Part shown: piece by piece, positions 35,723 through 46,004 of the stretch
Position numbering within the stretch: position 1 is the stretch's first letter
How the letters are laid out: the number at the start of each line of letters is the position of its first letter
From: a virus
Taxonomy: Duplodnaviria; Caudoviricetes
DNA: 54,941 nt
Strand: one strand, 5' to 3'
IMG/VR virus record: IMGVR_UViG_3300010403_000008
Span: 1-54,941 of that record
Position numbers and translations under genes: made by a program
Notes under the pieces: model-generated
The model's input: only the letters and a program-made list of their open reading frames with translations
Told to the model about the DNA's origin: nothing
The model's database searches: none

Positions 35723-36647
35723 ACCTGGAGATACGGTTTACAATCCCAACTCATTGAGAATCGTTGGGCGGGGTGCTGACTCTTCGATTCCAGAAGGGTT
35801 CATCAGGGTCAATGACCAGCTTCAACGTTCTCAGGCAGCCCCACAACCATTGCCGTGGTGGATTGCGCAGGCTGACGAAGAAGCAGAGGCTCGTAGGATT
35901 CGTGATGAAGCCCAACGTCAGGCCAACATCGAAGAACAAGACCCAACCGGACAAGCAGCAAGGGGGATTGAACGGGCAATGCAGTTGGAGGGGGCGTTGG
36001 GTTTCGATGCAGACAGGAAGCGCGGTGTTCCCATTCAGGAAGCACTGATGAAGTGGGCACCCAAGATGTACTTCAGGAATCCAGCAGCAGTCGCAAGAAT
36101 CTCAAGGGACTTTACCCAATCTCAGCCCTTCACCCCTACCGAAACAGAAGTGGGTGGACAGCGATTGATTCAGGTGTCCCCTCGTCAATTCAGGTTCCCC
36201 CCACAACAGCAACCTGCTGTTGATGTTAATGCCCCCATTCCTGCTGTTGAAGTTAGGAGTCCCAGTGGGGAAGTATTGGGCCATGCAGTTCGTGGGAGTA
36301 GTGGGGCGATCCATCCCATGTCCAAGACCAAGGACAATCAGCAACTCTCGCCCTCACAGAAGTTGCAGGTTATGCGTGCTCAACTTACTCAGTTGAATGA
36401 TCAGCTAAAATACGCTTTGGGAAATCCAGAACTTAAAAAGTCACTAACCGAAAAGCGTGATGCAGTAATGGAATCTATTTCAGAACTTTCTCCCAGCAAA
36501 TCCAAGGCTGATTCCGCTCCTGCCAAACAATCTGCTCCCGACAAATCAGAAGCACGCAAGGAAGCTGAAGCATTGATCAAGAGCAGACCTAGAATCGCTG
36601 ATCAAGTACGTGCCCGATTCAAGCAGACGTACGGAGAGGATCTGTAA
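35712..36647 (+). CDS. Putative ejection (internal virion) protein
   Basis: Q/A/P-rich helical protein, coupled to the next gene. Confidence 0.55.
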   Translation: MATEPGDTVYNPNSLRIVGRGADSSIPEGFIRVNDQLQRSQAAPQPLPWWIAQADEEAEARRIRDEAQRQANIEEQDPTGQAARGIERAMQLEGALGFDADRKRGVPIQEALMKWAPKMYFRNPAAVARISRDFTQSQPFTPTETEVGGQRLIQVSPRQFRFPPQQQPAVDVNAPIPAVEVRSPSGEVLGHAVRGSSGAIHPMSKTKDNQQLSPSQKLQVMRAQLTQLNDQLKYALGNPELKKSLTEKRDAVMESISELSPSKSKADSAPAKQSAPDKSEARKEAEALIKSRPRIADQVRARFKQTYGEDL

Positions 36648-39600
36648 TGCCTACTGGTTTGTTCGATGATTTGGTAGAGACGGAAGAACCCAAGCCTTCC
36701 GAAACAAAGGGGTTATACGATGATTTGGTTGATCGGGATGAGGGCACAACACTTTCTGGTAAATACTTTCCCCCCGAGGAACGTAAGGGTGTTACGTACG
36801 AGGGACATTACTACCCATCCATCTATGAGATGGAAAAGGAAAGGGAAACACAGGTTCGCAAAACACTTCCCAAGGGAGCATTCCAGCATTTCAGGGAAGG
36901 GGTAACGAAGGGATTCGCTGGCTCTGCTGCAACAGGTGGATACGTCCTGACTCAATCAGATGACAAGCTGAAGAGCCTGCTTCTGTCTGAGCAAGAGAAA
37001 CTAAAAGCTTCTGAAGGTGAACCCACCCTGACAGAGAAGGCTTCTGAGATTGCTGGTAATTTGCTGGGGGCAGGAATCACTTCTGTTGCAGGTCAATTGG
37101 CAGGTGGTGGGAAACCAGCACTGGCTGCACAGTTCGGATTACAGTCTGCGGGAGATTCATTTCTCAAGGCCGGATTGAGGGCCATGGCAGAAGGCAAGAC
37201 CCCTGACGAAGCAGTCAAGATTGCCCGGCAAGTAGCGATTGCGGGTGCAGGGATTGGGGCAGTTGAGGGGACAGTGGTTCCCACAGGTGGACTTGGGTCT
37301 GCTGGCCAGATTGCCAAGACAGCAGGTGCAGGTGGAGCGATCTTTGGCGGGGGTGCAATTGCCAGGAACGTTGCTGAACGAGCAGCAGGACTAAAGACCC
37401 CCATCATGGAGGGGGTGCCGCAGGCAGGATTATTCGGGGCAGCTTTCCCCGTCGCTTTAGGGGGAGCCGGTGCGGCAGCCAGGGCATTACTACGCAAGGG
37501 TGCCAGAACACCAGCACCGGCCCTGCCCGAGCCAATCTCTGAACCCATTGCCCCCACAGAACCAATCCCACAGGTAACACAGGAAGCCTCAATTCCAGCA
37601 CCAGAAGGCTTCCCACCGCTTCCAAGGCGTGAACCCTCGGGATTGACGATGGTTGAAGCCCCGACGCAGCCACAGCCATCCAGAGGCGAAATAAAGGCTA
37701 CTCCCGCATTGCTTGAACAACTGCCTCCCGGGAAGTTGACTGAAGTACCAGTCAGTGAACTGCTTAAACAACCAGTTGAACGTGGCCCATCACTGGCAGC
37801 GGTAGAGGAATTGGGTCAGTCCATTCGCAGGCGTACTGATTTCGAGAAGGCTCGGGCTGAAACAGTCTCCCAACAACACGAGGCAATTGTTCACCCCGAC
37901 AAGCCATTGACCGATAATCAGCTTGGTTTGATCGAAGACAGCCTTCGCAAAGCAATCCTTGAGAACCAGATTCCCGGGGAGCGTCCTGGGTTCATTGCTG
38001 GTAGTGGATTGGAGAAGTGGGCCGATGATGTCCTGTCCTCTGACCTTCGTGGAAGAATGTCCATCAATCCTGTGGATATTTTAACCAAGGACATTGCAGC
38101 GTTAACGATAAAGGGAGCCAGCGTACTGGAACGTGGGATCAGGGATTACCCAGCATGGTCTGCTGAGATGTCCAAGTTGTACGGGGAGGAGTTCAAACCA
38201 ATTTTACGCAAGGTCTATATGCAGTCCTTGCAAGTGAAAGGAGCAAATGCCCTACAGCGAGAAACAGCGCAGGTTCTTCAACCTTTGCGCGAACAACCCG
38301 GAGAAGGCCAAGGGCAAGTGCCCGTCCAAGAAAGAGTCAGAGAAGCTGGCCCACGAAGCGAACAGCCTGTACAACCGGGAGAAACCGGACAAGCGCAAGT
38401 TCCACTGACTGAGATACTTAACAAGCCAGTGCAAGAGATTGCTGCTGCCTACGAAAGCATCCCACCTGATCAAATCGCCAGCTACGGTGTAGAGAACTTC
38501 AACCGTGCCATAGGGGAAAAGGCAAGTACGCCTGAAGACATTGCTGCCTTAAAGGCGATGGCTGAATCGCACAGTGCCAGAATCAACCAGCTTAAGAAGG
38601 ATGGCAATTTCCCTGAAGCAATGAGGCTGTCAGGATTCCAGCCAATGGAGGCGTACAAGTTTGCAGTTGAGAAAGGCCAAACGAAAGGGGGTGGTACTCC
38701 TGAAAAAGCGCAAGAAACGAAAGAAGCTGTACTGACCCAACCCCAACCTGCTTCCCGTGGCATTGCAGCTTCAGCCCGGGAAGCCTTGGGTTCTGGGATT
38801 GTTCCACGTGGAACAGGCGGGTTCGTTCGCCTGCCTGAAGGGACTGAACAGACCATCCTTGGGACTGCTGGTAAACTGGCTGGCAGGTCTGCCCCACGTA
38901 CTTCTGCTGCCTCAGAACAATCAGGAAATGCCCTAGTGCGTTATGCCTCAAGCCATATCGCAGCCAAACCCATTGCCAGGGTGATGGCAACTGAAGTTCT
39001 GGGTGGGAATGCTGCCCCTGAATTCAGTGAACGGTTGGGGGCCGTGCTGGTTGAGGACAGGCTGAGAGCAATCCGTGATTCGTTTGAGCGTAATGGGCAG
39101 ACCAAACAAGCCGGAGAGGTTGGTTCCGTTATCGGTAAAGATTGGTCTCCTTTGAAGACTGAGGCTGATTTCGAGGCTGCCCTGTCTGACCCAGCCATTC
39201 AACACGCCATCGAAGTACACAAGGCCACAGTTCAGCCCGAAGCACAGAGGATGCATGAAGTCACAGAAGGGGTCGTAGCGGGTCCAGGATTGCGTACAGG
39301 CGCGTTTGTCAACCTGAAGGCAGTTCTGGAGGATCAGCCCGAAGGAACGTTCTCAGGGGCATTCAGGGGCAATCTGGAGAACCCCCGCCATCTCAAGACC
39401 AAGTTCGGGCAGAAGGCAACAGGTACGGCGCAGGAGTACGAACTGGATTACCGGACGTTGGCAGAGCGAATGATGGAGGCGAATTACGCTGAATCAACCA
39501 AGCGTGAACTACATCAACAACTTGTGGCAGATGGGTTAGCCAAGCTTGGAGTGCCGGGTGATTCAGCCCCACTGTTTCATGGGCAGAAAGGCCAACGATT

Positions 39601-41221
39601 CACGATTGAGCGTAGAGGTGGGAAGGTTGAACACCTGTGGGTTGATCCCAAGATTGCGGGAGAATACAGGCAGGCGATCAATACCGATGGACCCATTGGG
39701 GAATCGGCTGCTTCGGTCGCAGCCAACCTGCTCAACAAGATTCAGTTGGCTGGTCCCACAGATGCGGTGTGGCACACAGCCAACATGATCAGTTCGATTG
39801 CTGGCTCTCAAGGGGGGAAGACCTTGCTCACCGATTTAGCCCGCAAATTCCCGGGAGTAAATATCATTGATGCAATTGGGAGGGTTGTCCTGAAAGCTCG
39901 TCAGGTATCAAATGATCCCGAAATACAGAATCAGTTGGCTGAAATCGCCAAGATCGGGGCATTACGTGGGGAAGGTCCTCCAACCCCGGTTCGTGCCAGA
40001 TTCGACCCAAGACGAATCAGTGATGCTACCCACAACGCACTGCTGGTGATTGATCGGGCGGGCAGGTTGGTTCGTGACGACTTGTACCAGAACCTTGTTT
40101 CCCGTGGCTTGGTTGACGCTAGTGAGGCTGGAAGGCGCGAGTGGATCAATCAGATGGGTCAGTACAATTCACGGCTCATGGGGCAATTTGAGCGCATTAT
40201 GAAGGAGTCTGGTCTGGCCCCGTTTATCGTGGCTGGTCGTAACTTCAATCGTCAGGCGATGCGCAGGCTGTCCCTGTCACCCGGGGTGAAGGCAGCCAAC
40301 CTGCAATCTGCTGCCTTGATGCGTGGGGTGGAATTGTTCGGGACAGCAGCAACCCTGTTTCTGATCCCAGCTACCATCAACTTCCTTACGACAGGTAACG
40401 TGAATGGCAGGCCCGGAACCAAGTTCGGTCAGATTGACACAGGTAAGGATTCTGGGGGCAAGCACATCGTCATTGATCCTGCTCAATGGATTGGGATTAG
40501 GCGCGGGTTGCGTATCACAGGAGCACAATCAACGATTGAGGGGATTCGTGAGGGGAAACCCATGCAGGAGATTCGCAATGAAGCGATCAGGGATGTGATT
40601 GGTGGATTGATCCATCCATGGGCAGGCCCTGCCGTCCATGCCGCCTCAACTGCCGGGACTGGATATTCCCCCACGCTGTGGAAGGAATCCAAGAATCCGA
40701 AAGACTTCGGTGAGAACGGACTGGCTGCATTGAAGCAGTTGAATCCAACCATTGGCGCATTGTTCGAGGGACACGAACAGCCAGGGACAACTCCCGCAGG
40801 CAGGGCTGGAATGTCACTGGCTGGTGCGGGTGGGGTGAAACTGGTTTCTCCTGTCACAGCCTCACAGCAAGTCGGAAATATGGTTCGCAAATGGATGAGT
40901 CTTTCTAAGGTGCCAGAGATTCGCAAACGATACGATCAGAAACAGCAACAGAATTTTGGTGAGAGCAAGTATAAATCAATTCGTGATGCCTTAAAAGCTG
41001 GAGACAACAAGGCAGCTAAAAATGCTTATGAAGAACTCTTAAAAAGAGTTCCAGAGCATAGAATTTGGAAGGCTTTTGAACCAAAGCCATCATTTACAGG
41101 ATCAGATGTATTGGAACCAATGTTTGTCGATTCCCTTTCAGCCAAAAATCTTGCTATCTACAATCAGGCGCAAGAGGAACGTCAGGCCATGTGGCAAAAG
41201 TTTCAGACGGCTGTGAAATAA
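36647..41221 (+). CDS. Large ejection / DNA transfer protein
   Basis: 1524 aa with repeated GLFDDLV/GLYDDLV N-terminal motifs and an A/G-rich membrane-like region; ends the virion operon. Confidence 0.65.
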   Translation: MPTGLFDDLVETEEPKPSETKGLYDDLVDRDEGTTLSGKYFPPEERKGVTYEGHYYPSIYEMEKERETQVRKTLPKGAFQHFREGVTKGFAGSAATGGYVLTQSDDKLKSLLLSEQEKLKASEGEPTLTEKASEIAGNLLGAGITSVAGQLAGGGKPALAAQFGLQSAGDSFLKAGLRAMAEGKTPDEAVKIARQVAIAGAGIGAVEGTVVPTGGLGSAGQIAKTAGAGGAIFGGGAIARNVAERAAGLKTPIMEGVPQAGLFGAAFPVALGGAGAAARALLRKGARTPAPALPEPISEPIAPTEPIPQVTQEASIPAPEGFPPLPRREPSGLTMVEAPTQPQPSRGEIKATPALLEQLPPGKLTEVPVSELLKQPVERGPSLAAVEELGQSIRRRTDFEKARAETVSQQHEAIVHPDKPLTDNQLGLIEDSLRKAILENQIPGERPGFIAGSGLEKWADDVLSSDLRGRMSINPVDILTKDIAALTIKGASVLERGIRDYPAWSAEMSKLYGEEFKPILRKVYMQSLQVKGANALQRETAQVLQPLREQPGEGQGQVPVQERVREAGPRSEQPVQPGETGQAQVPLTEILNKPVQEIAAAYESIPPDQIASYGVENFNRAIGEKASTPEDIAALKAMAESHSARINQLKKDGNFPEAMRLSGFQPMEAYKFAVEKGQTKGGGTPEKAQETKEAVLTQPQPASRGIAASAREALGSGIVPRGTGGFVRLPEGTEQTILGTAGKLAGRSAPRTSAASEQSGNALVRYASSHIAAKPIARVMATEVLGGNAAPEFSERLGAVLVEDRLRAIRDSFERNGQTKQAGEVGSVIGKDWSPLKTEADFEAALSDPAIQHAIEVHKATVQPEAQRMHEVTEGVVAGPGLRTGAFVNLKAVLEDQPEGTFSGAFRGNLENPRHLKTKFGQKATGTAQEYELDYRTLAERMMEANYAESTKRELHQQLVADGLAKLGVPGDSAPLFHGQKGQRFTIERRGGKVEHLWVDPKIAGEYRQAINTDGPIGESAASVAANLLNKIQLAGPTDAVWHTANMISSIAGSQGGKTLLTDLARKFPGVNIIDAIGRVVLKARQVSNDPEIQNQLAEIAKIGALRGEGPPTPVRARFDPRRISDATHNALLVIDRAGRLVRDDLYQNLVSRGLVDASEAGRREWINQMGQYNSRLMGQFERIMKESGLAPFIVAGRNFNRQAMRRLSLSPGVKAANLQSAALMRGVELFGTAATLFLIPATINFLTTGNVNGRPGTKFGQIDTGKDSGGKHIVIDPAQWIGIRRGLRITGAQSTIEGIREGKPMQEIRNEAIRDVIGGLIHPWAGPAVHAASTAGTGYSPTLWKESKNPKDFGENGLAALKQLNPTIGALFEGHEQPGTTPAGRAGMSLAGAGGVKLVSPVTASQQVGNMVRKWMSLSKVPEIRKRYDQKQQQNFGESKYKSIRDALKAGDNKAAKNAYEELLKRVPEHRIWKAFEPKPSFTGSDVLEPMFVDSLSAKNLAIYNQAQEERQAMWQKFQTAVK
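38247..38408 (+). CDS. Nested 53-aa basic protein in the +1 frame of the ejection gene
   Basis: AAAGGAG RBS then MPYSEKQRRFFNLCANNPEKAKGKCPSKKESEKLAHEANSLYNREKPDKRKFH*. Confidence 0.65.
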   Translation: MPYSEKQRRFFNLCANNPEKAKGKCPSKKESEKLAHEANSLYNREKPDKRKFH

Positions 41222-41337
41222 TCAATCCCTGCTCGATACGATCCAGTCCAGCGTGATCAGTCCAAGAGCCAGTGCAGCAGTTCCCATCAGTACAATGATT
41301 CGCCACACTTCCCCATTGATGTCCACGTTAAAGATCA

Positions 41338-42270
41338 TCATTGCCTGATTTGGTAGAATGCTGATCCACGTACTGATTCCTGATCTTCCCACTCCCCAAT
41401 CGCTTCCTCCCCAATCGTCAGTTCCCCTACCCGACTCCACGGACCAGCCAGTGAGGCTGACTTGTCGATCCCATGTTTGTCCCCCGTAATCCCAAGCATC
41501 GTAATCTTTGGTCCCTTCGATCCCATCGTAATGCCAGCAGGACTCCCGACCATGCTGGGTGATCCCGTAGCGGGTGGGATGGAGGCAAGTGGGGGCCAGA
41601 GGTTGCAAGACTCCCCACACGTAATGCAGTGGTCAAAGTCCATGCAGAACAGAAATCCTCCCAGTCTGCGAGGAAGTGGAAGGATGATGTCTTCGCCAGG
41701 ATGGATAGTACTTTTGGTCAATGTCAGCCAAGGTTCACTGCGCTGTTCAGGTACCCGCCATAGACTCACGACAGTAGCAGTAATGTTTGTTGGGAGTGAA
41801 CAGTACTGCGTGTCTCGTGCGTGCCAGCGAATCAGTGCGTCGCTGGTCCTGATCCTGAACCATGACGAACCATCAGAGTAATTTCGCATGGCAATCCCTT
41901 GAGCGAACGATTCCTCGAATGTGGTCCATGCTCGTGTTGGGTCAGGGACTGTCCAGTTGGTACTTAATGGCCAGCCTGAATCGTATTCAACCGTAGTACT
42001 TCCACCAGTCAGCATAAAACGCGGTCCACCTGCTGTGGAGCATTTGCTGGTGATGACTTGCTGTGTAAGGCCAAGAGAATCGAACGTAGTGGAGACTTCG
42101 GTGAGGTTGGTAACGTCACGCAACTGCTGGTTGCGCCAGAAGGTGGGGGTATTATTTGGATTCGTCCATTTATCCACATGAGTCCCACGAGCGGGCCATG
42201 CTTGAGGTTGGGCACTTGCGATCAGGGGGATGGTCAAGGTGAGAAGTGCCAGGAGACGAGTTGATTTCAT
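41338..42270 (-). CDS. Secreted protein with a Verrucomicrobia-style C-terminal motif
   Basis: Signal peptide MKSTRLLALLTLTIPLIASAQ; ends S.SL.GPW...EWED......SAFYQI. Confidence 0.55.
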   Translation of the reverse strand: MKSTRLLALLTLTIPLIASAQPQAWPARGTHVDKWTNPNNTPTFWRNQQLRDVTNLTEVSTTFDSLGLTQQVITSKCSTAGGPRFMLTGGSTTVEYDSGWPLSTNWTVPDPTRAWTTFEESFAQGIAMRNYSDGSSWFRIRTSDALIRWHARDTQYCSLPTNITATVVSLWRVPEQRSEPWLTLTKSTIHPGEDIILPLPRRLGGFLFCMDFDHCITCGESCNLWPPLASIPPATGSPSMVGSPAGITMGSKGPKITMLGITGDKHGIDKSASLAGPWSRVGELTIGEEAIGEWEDQESVRGSAFYQIRQ

Positions 42271-42315
42271 TGTATTACATACGTTTTGTTTGATGGTTCG
42301 GTACTGTAGGGGGAA

Positions 42316-42639
42316 TCATTCAGGAATCTGGTTCAGAAGGGTTTCGATCATCTCCCCAAGATCATCCAGGCTTTCGATGGTCTGACTAGTGTCCACCGAT
42401 TGATCAGCATACACCGCCCGTATCGCATCCATGGCAGCCTGAACTAATTCGTGATGCTTCACCCAATGATCGTGTCTGGGGTCCGTGGAAACGACAAGCA
42501 TGGTTTTTTTACCAACCTGCCTTGCGACTGGAGGTTTGGGATGTTTGCCCCTGTAAATACGGCAGTAGAGGGTGTGTGGGGCAATCCCGAGCATCCTGCT
42601 TTCGAGGAATAGCCATTCCTTGAAAGGCATTGAAGTCAT
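42316..42639 (-). CDS. Hypothetical protein, possible DNA-binding N-terminus
   Basis: SRMLGIAPHTLYCRIYRG is HTH-like. Confidence 0.45.
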   Translation of the reverse strand: MTSMPFKEWLFLESRMLGIAPHTLYCRIYRGKHPKPPVARQVGKKTMLVVSTDPRHDHWVKHHELVQAAMDAIRAVYADQSVDTSQTIESLDDLGEMIETLLNQIPE

Positions 42640-42883
42640 GCGGGTTTGGCAGGCAGAACAGCCATCTTCTTGATCTCTGTTTTTGGCATCCTCAGAATCT
42701 CAGACAGAAGGACAATTGCTTCTGGCCCCTTCTCTCTCCTTAAAACAATTCCACCCATTGGATGAATCGTTTTAATCCACCACGGGCCATGAAATGCCTT
42801 CCTGCCACTATTGAATCGGTCTATAGCCAACCAGACTTTATCACCCGGGAAGGCATTTGTGACGTAGAATTCCTTTGGGTAGT

Positions 42884-43300
42884 TCATTGTGCCCAGCTTG
42901 GGACTGGAATCCCATAACGTTTAGCCTTGGCCAGCTTGGAATACACAGCCACAACCGGAAGGCCAGAGACGAATGCGGCTGACTTCGCATCCTTGGCTGA
43001 CAGGATGGGCTGCATCTTTTCCTCGAATTGTTCGAGCATGTATTCAGCAATAATTGTCCGTGGATCAGTTGTCATGACTTCCGAAGTACGCAGGATGAAC
43101 TGTTCCCCATTGTGCATCAGCTTCGCCATGCCTCCAGGATAAATCCCAATCAGCTTCATTGGACTGCGGGGAAACTTGCCCTTAGTATCGCACACTTCGG
43201 GATGGATGTAGACTGGTTTGGTTACTGGCTTCGCATCTTCACCCTGCGCTGACAGAAAGTACTTTTCCTGAAATGTGGACGGAACTTCGTGTAATTTCAT
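42884..43300 (-). CDS. Hypothetical protein
   Basis: ATGA-coupled within the minus-strand operon. Confidence 0.5.
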   Translation of the reverse strand: MKLHEVPSTFQEKYFLSAQGEDAKPVTKPVYIHPEVCDTKGKFPRSPMKLIGIYPGGMAKLMHNGEQFILRTSEVMTTDPRTIIAEYMLEQFEEKMQPILSAKDAKSAAFVSGLPVVAVYSKLAKAKRYGIPVPSWAQ

Positions 43301-44076
43301 ACAACCCTCGGATCAAACCCATCCCTCAAGTATCTCCACAACCCAAACGCCTGCTGGAATGCTTCGTAGTAGTACGATTGTTCGCGAGGCCAGATGTGGG
43401 TGTAGAGTCTTCCCTTGGACAATTCATTGGTGGAGATGATGACAGACATTAGTTTGGGTGGCACCGGAAACGATTCTGCGTAGGCAGCCAACTGCATCGC
43501 CCACTCATCGTAGAAGTTGGGCTTGTCTTTTACGTCCTGACTCTTGAAGTCGAAGACGAACCCGTTTTCGTTAAAAACCCCACCCAAGTCCAAAGTCCCT
43601 GCGTACCCCAATCGCTCAGAACCGATTGTCATTTCAGTCCCCATTGCCTTTATCCCGTCCTTGAATTTCATCCACTCACCCATGTACGGCTGCATATCAT
43701 CACCCACAGGCTGCCCCTGTAATGAACCCGCAATCGCAGCATGAATACGGGTGCCCAAATCAGCAGCCTTCTCCCTGTGCTGGTCAGAATCCAATTCAAC
43801 CCGCAATGCGAATGAGTCCAGGTCTTCACCTTCGATTCGTGGAAGAGTCAGGGCTGACTGCAATACTTGGTTCAGCTTGTATCGCTCAAGCACTGGCTTG
43901 TGAATGACTTTTAGAATTTCAGTAACAGATGGCAGCAGTCCGAATTTCTTGGCCTCTCGTAATGTGGGGGCTTTATCTCCTACCCCATCTGCCTTCTTGA
44001 CCGTCCAAACAGGGGACAACTGCCCATTACCGATGGGTTTGTACCATTTGGGGGCTTTGGCGTTGAAGAGTTTCAT
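43297..44076 (-). CDS. PD-(D/E)xK exonuclease (phage recombination nuclease)
   Basis: LPSVTEIL, GTRIHAAI, YAGTLDL, VFDFKS and QLAAYA. Confidence 0.8.
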   Translation of the reverse strand: MKLFNAKAPKWYKPIGNGQLSPVWTVKKADGVGDKAPTLREAKKFGLLPSVTEILKVIHKPVLERYKLNQVLQSALTLPRIEGEDLDSFALRVELDSDQHREKAADLGTRIHAAIAGSLQGQPVGDDMQPYMGEWMKFKDGIKAMGTEMTIGSERLGYAGTLDLGGVFNENGFVFDFKSQDVKDKPNFYDEWAMQLAAYAESFPVPPKLMSVIISTNELSKGRLYTHIWPREQSYYYEAFQQAFGLWRYLRDGFDPRVV

Positions 44077-44510
44077 TCAGCGGGCGGTGTTACTTCTGAT
44101 GTGGAAAACAATTTCTCAAACTGATCCTTTAGCTTTGGGAAAACCCGGACCAGTTCAGCTTTATACTCATCACTGAGTTCCTTTAGCCTTCCGGTTTTTA
44201 CTTTCTCAAAGTCAGCCTTCCATTTGTCTGGTACTTTGAAGACGTACGTGGCGTAGGTACAATCGTACGAATCATCGAATGTTGTCACAAAGTTTGGATC
44301 AACATAAAGTAATTCCTCTCCATAGCCTTGCCCCCTGTTTCCACCACCTACACGGGTATAGACATGGATGAAGTCATCATATTCCTCATGCTCTTTATCG
44401 CGCAGGAAACAATCTCTGTACCTTGGATATTCGTCTGGATGCCTTCCCAGCATCGGGAGAACAAAGAATGTGGCTGGACTAACCCCATTGATTATGTTGT
44501 ACAGGCTCAT
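44073..44510 (-). CDS. Hypothetical phage protein
   Basis: PRYRDCFL...VYTRVGGGNR...DD.YDCTYATYVF. Confidence 0.55.
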   Translation of the reverse strand: MSLYNIINGVSPATFFVLPMLGRHPDEYPRYRDCFLRDKEHEEYDDFIHVYTRVGGGNRGQGYGEELLYVDPNFVTTFDDSYDCTYATYVFKVPDKWKADFEKVKTGRLKELSDEYKAELVRVFPKLKDQFEKLFSTSEVTPPAE

Positions 44511-44782
44511 ATCGGTGTCACATTCATCGCAGCCAACCCCTTCTCATTCTCAATGGGGGTGAACAGGACTCGGGTTCCGGTCTTTATAGTCTTGTACGGT
44601 TTCTTGCCTGTTTTTGTGAAACCATTCGTAATCACATTCAGTTGGGAATGATGGAAGAACCTGTCTTGCGCTTTGTCTGAGGAATCACAGCCTTCAGGGG
44701 TGATGAACCCGTACCCTTTGACTGTCATGTAGAACTTCACTGTTCCTGTTTGGACTCTTCCATTTGGTTCAGAATGGAACAT
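44507..44782 (-). CDS. Cold-shock domain protein
   Basis: GTVKFY...KGYGFITP (RNP1), FFHHSQL (RNP2) and KGLAAMNV. Confidence 0.8.
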   Translation of the reverse strand: MFHSEPNGRVQTGTVKFYMTVKGYGFITPEGCDSSDKAQDRFFHHSQLNVITNGFTKTGKKPYKTIKTGTRVLFTPIENEKGLAAMNVTPI

Positions 44783-45590
44783 CGTCTTCTCCTTTAGCGG
44801 GCTGTGAGTCAATAAATGCCTGAATAGATGCCATCACATTATCGAACTGCGGCTTGGTTGCAGGACAGTATTGCAATGGCAATTCGTCTAGTGGCTGATC
44901 ATTCCCCAATGCTCCCAATGAATTGAAGTACTTGGCAGCATTCTCTTTGATGGGCAGGAGTAGGGCCAGGAACTTGTCCTTCTGTTCCTGGGTTGCGATC
45001 TTGCCCGTAATCCCCAAAGCCCCCTCACGGTACAGTTCATCGGTTTTGGGGAGCGGGCCAGCAGATTGGGAGGCAATGCGGCCCCCAGCGTTATCCGTGC
45101 TGGGCTGGGCCTGTTGGGGGGCAGGCTGTTTAGCCGCACTGCCAGATTGTTTGGGTTGGGTAGGGTCTTTGCGCTTGTAGTAGCCAGACGGGCGTACCCG
45201 TTCATTGCATGGCATCGCAAGGTCAACATTCGCGTACACCTTGCCAGACTCTTTCGTGCTGTGAGAAACGAAGACGCTGGCTGGCTTGAGCAGGAAATCG
45301 TCAAGGTCGATTGCTTCCCCTTCCTTGATTTGTACTCCTCCACGCCACTTCGACAGGAAGGGGCCTAGGCTACCCTTCTCGTTTAACGTGGCTGTGAACA
45401 TACGAGCCACAATGAACGGTCTTCCATCGTCCATTAGTGCATCAGGCAACTCCCAATAGAACCTGACCTTATGTTGCATCTTGCCCCCGAACCCGGTCTG
45501 CATCCCAAGGTCTACAATGTCCACGCACACAGCTTTGTGCAGACCAGCAGGGGCGGGTACGAAGTCTCTGTTTTCGTTAACGAGTTTCAT
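44769..45590 (-). CDS. Putative ssDNA-binding / recombination protein
   Basis: PAG.H.AVCVDIVDLG N-terminal OB-like domain and an acidic DDVPF tail. Confidence 0.65.
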   Translation of the reverse strand: MKLVNENRDFVPAPAGLHKAVCVDIVDLGMQTGFGGKMQHKVRFYWELPDALMDDGRPFIVARMFTATLNEKGSLGPFLSKWRGGVQIKEGEAIDLDDFLLKPASVFVSHSTKESGKVYANVDLAMPCNERVRPSGYYKRKDPTQPKQSGSAAKQPAPQQAQPSTDNAGGRIASQSAGPLPKTDELYREGALGITGKIATQEQKDKFLALLLPIKENAAKYFNSLGALGNDQPLDELPLQYCPATKPQFDNVMASIQAFIDSQPAKGEDDVPF

Positions 45591-45594
45591 TCAG

Positions 45595-45801
45595 TTAGGA
45601 TTGTTTGCTTGAACCATTTGATGATTTGAACAGAAGCCCAGACAGAATGGACAGGCCAAGAGCTTGCAACCATGAGATTGTTTTAAGTCCAAAGATTGCA
45701 GGCATGAGCCAATTCCACAGCAGCCAGACCGGAATACTGACCAGTGCGGCAATGATGACAACGAGTCCAACGACTCCGATTCCGACGATTAGGTGTTTCA
45801 T
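45595..45801 (-). CDS. Small membrane protein
   Basis: WLLWNWLMPAIFGLKTISWLQALGL; hydrophobic throughout. Confidence 0.6.
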   Translation of the reverse strand: MKHLIVGIGVVGLVVIIAALVSIPVWLLWNWLMPAIFGLKTISWLQALGLSILSGLLFKSSNGSSKQS

Positions 45802-46004
45802 TTGAGATTAGATGAGCGCGGTAGAGAATTGCACTCTACACTGTGAGTTTTGTGGTACGTATATAAATCACAAGCTTCGCCACACTTAGGCCGCGTCTTA
45901 TTCCGCCACACGCTCATAATTAAAACGCATCCGCAGGCATCGCTTGCGAAGTGATGTGCCGTGTGGAATGCCCGGCCCTGCGAATGCGTAAAGTGATTCA
46001 TTGA

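Noticed and set aside
43297-44076. Exonuclease as a Cas4-like acquisition factor for the arrays
   Set aside because: It has no Fe-S cysteine cluster, sits in an ordinary recombination module beside an SSB-like gene, and is about 24 kb from the cassette.
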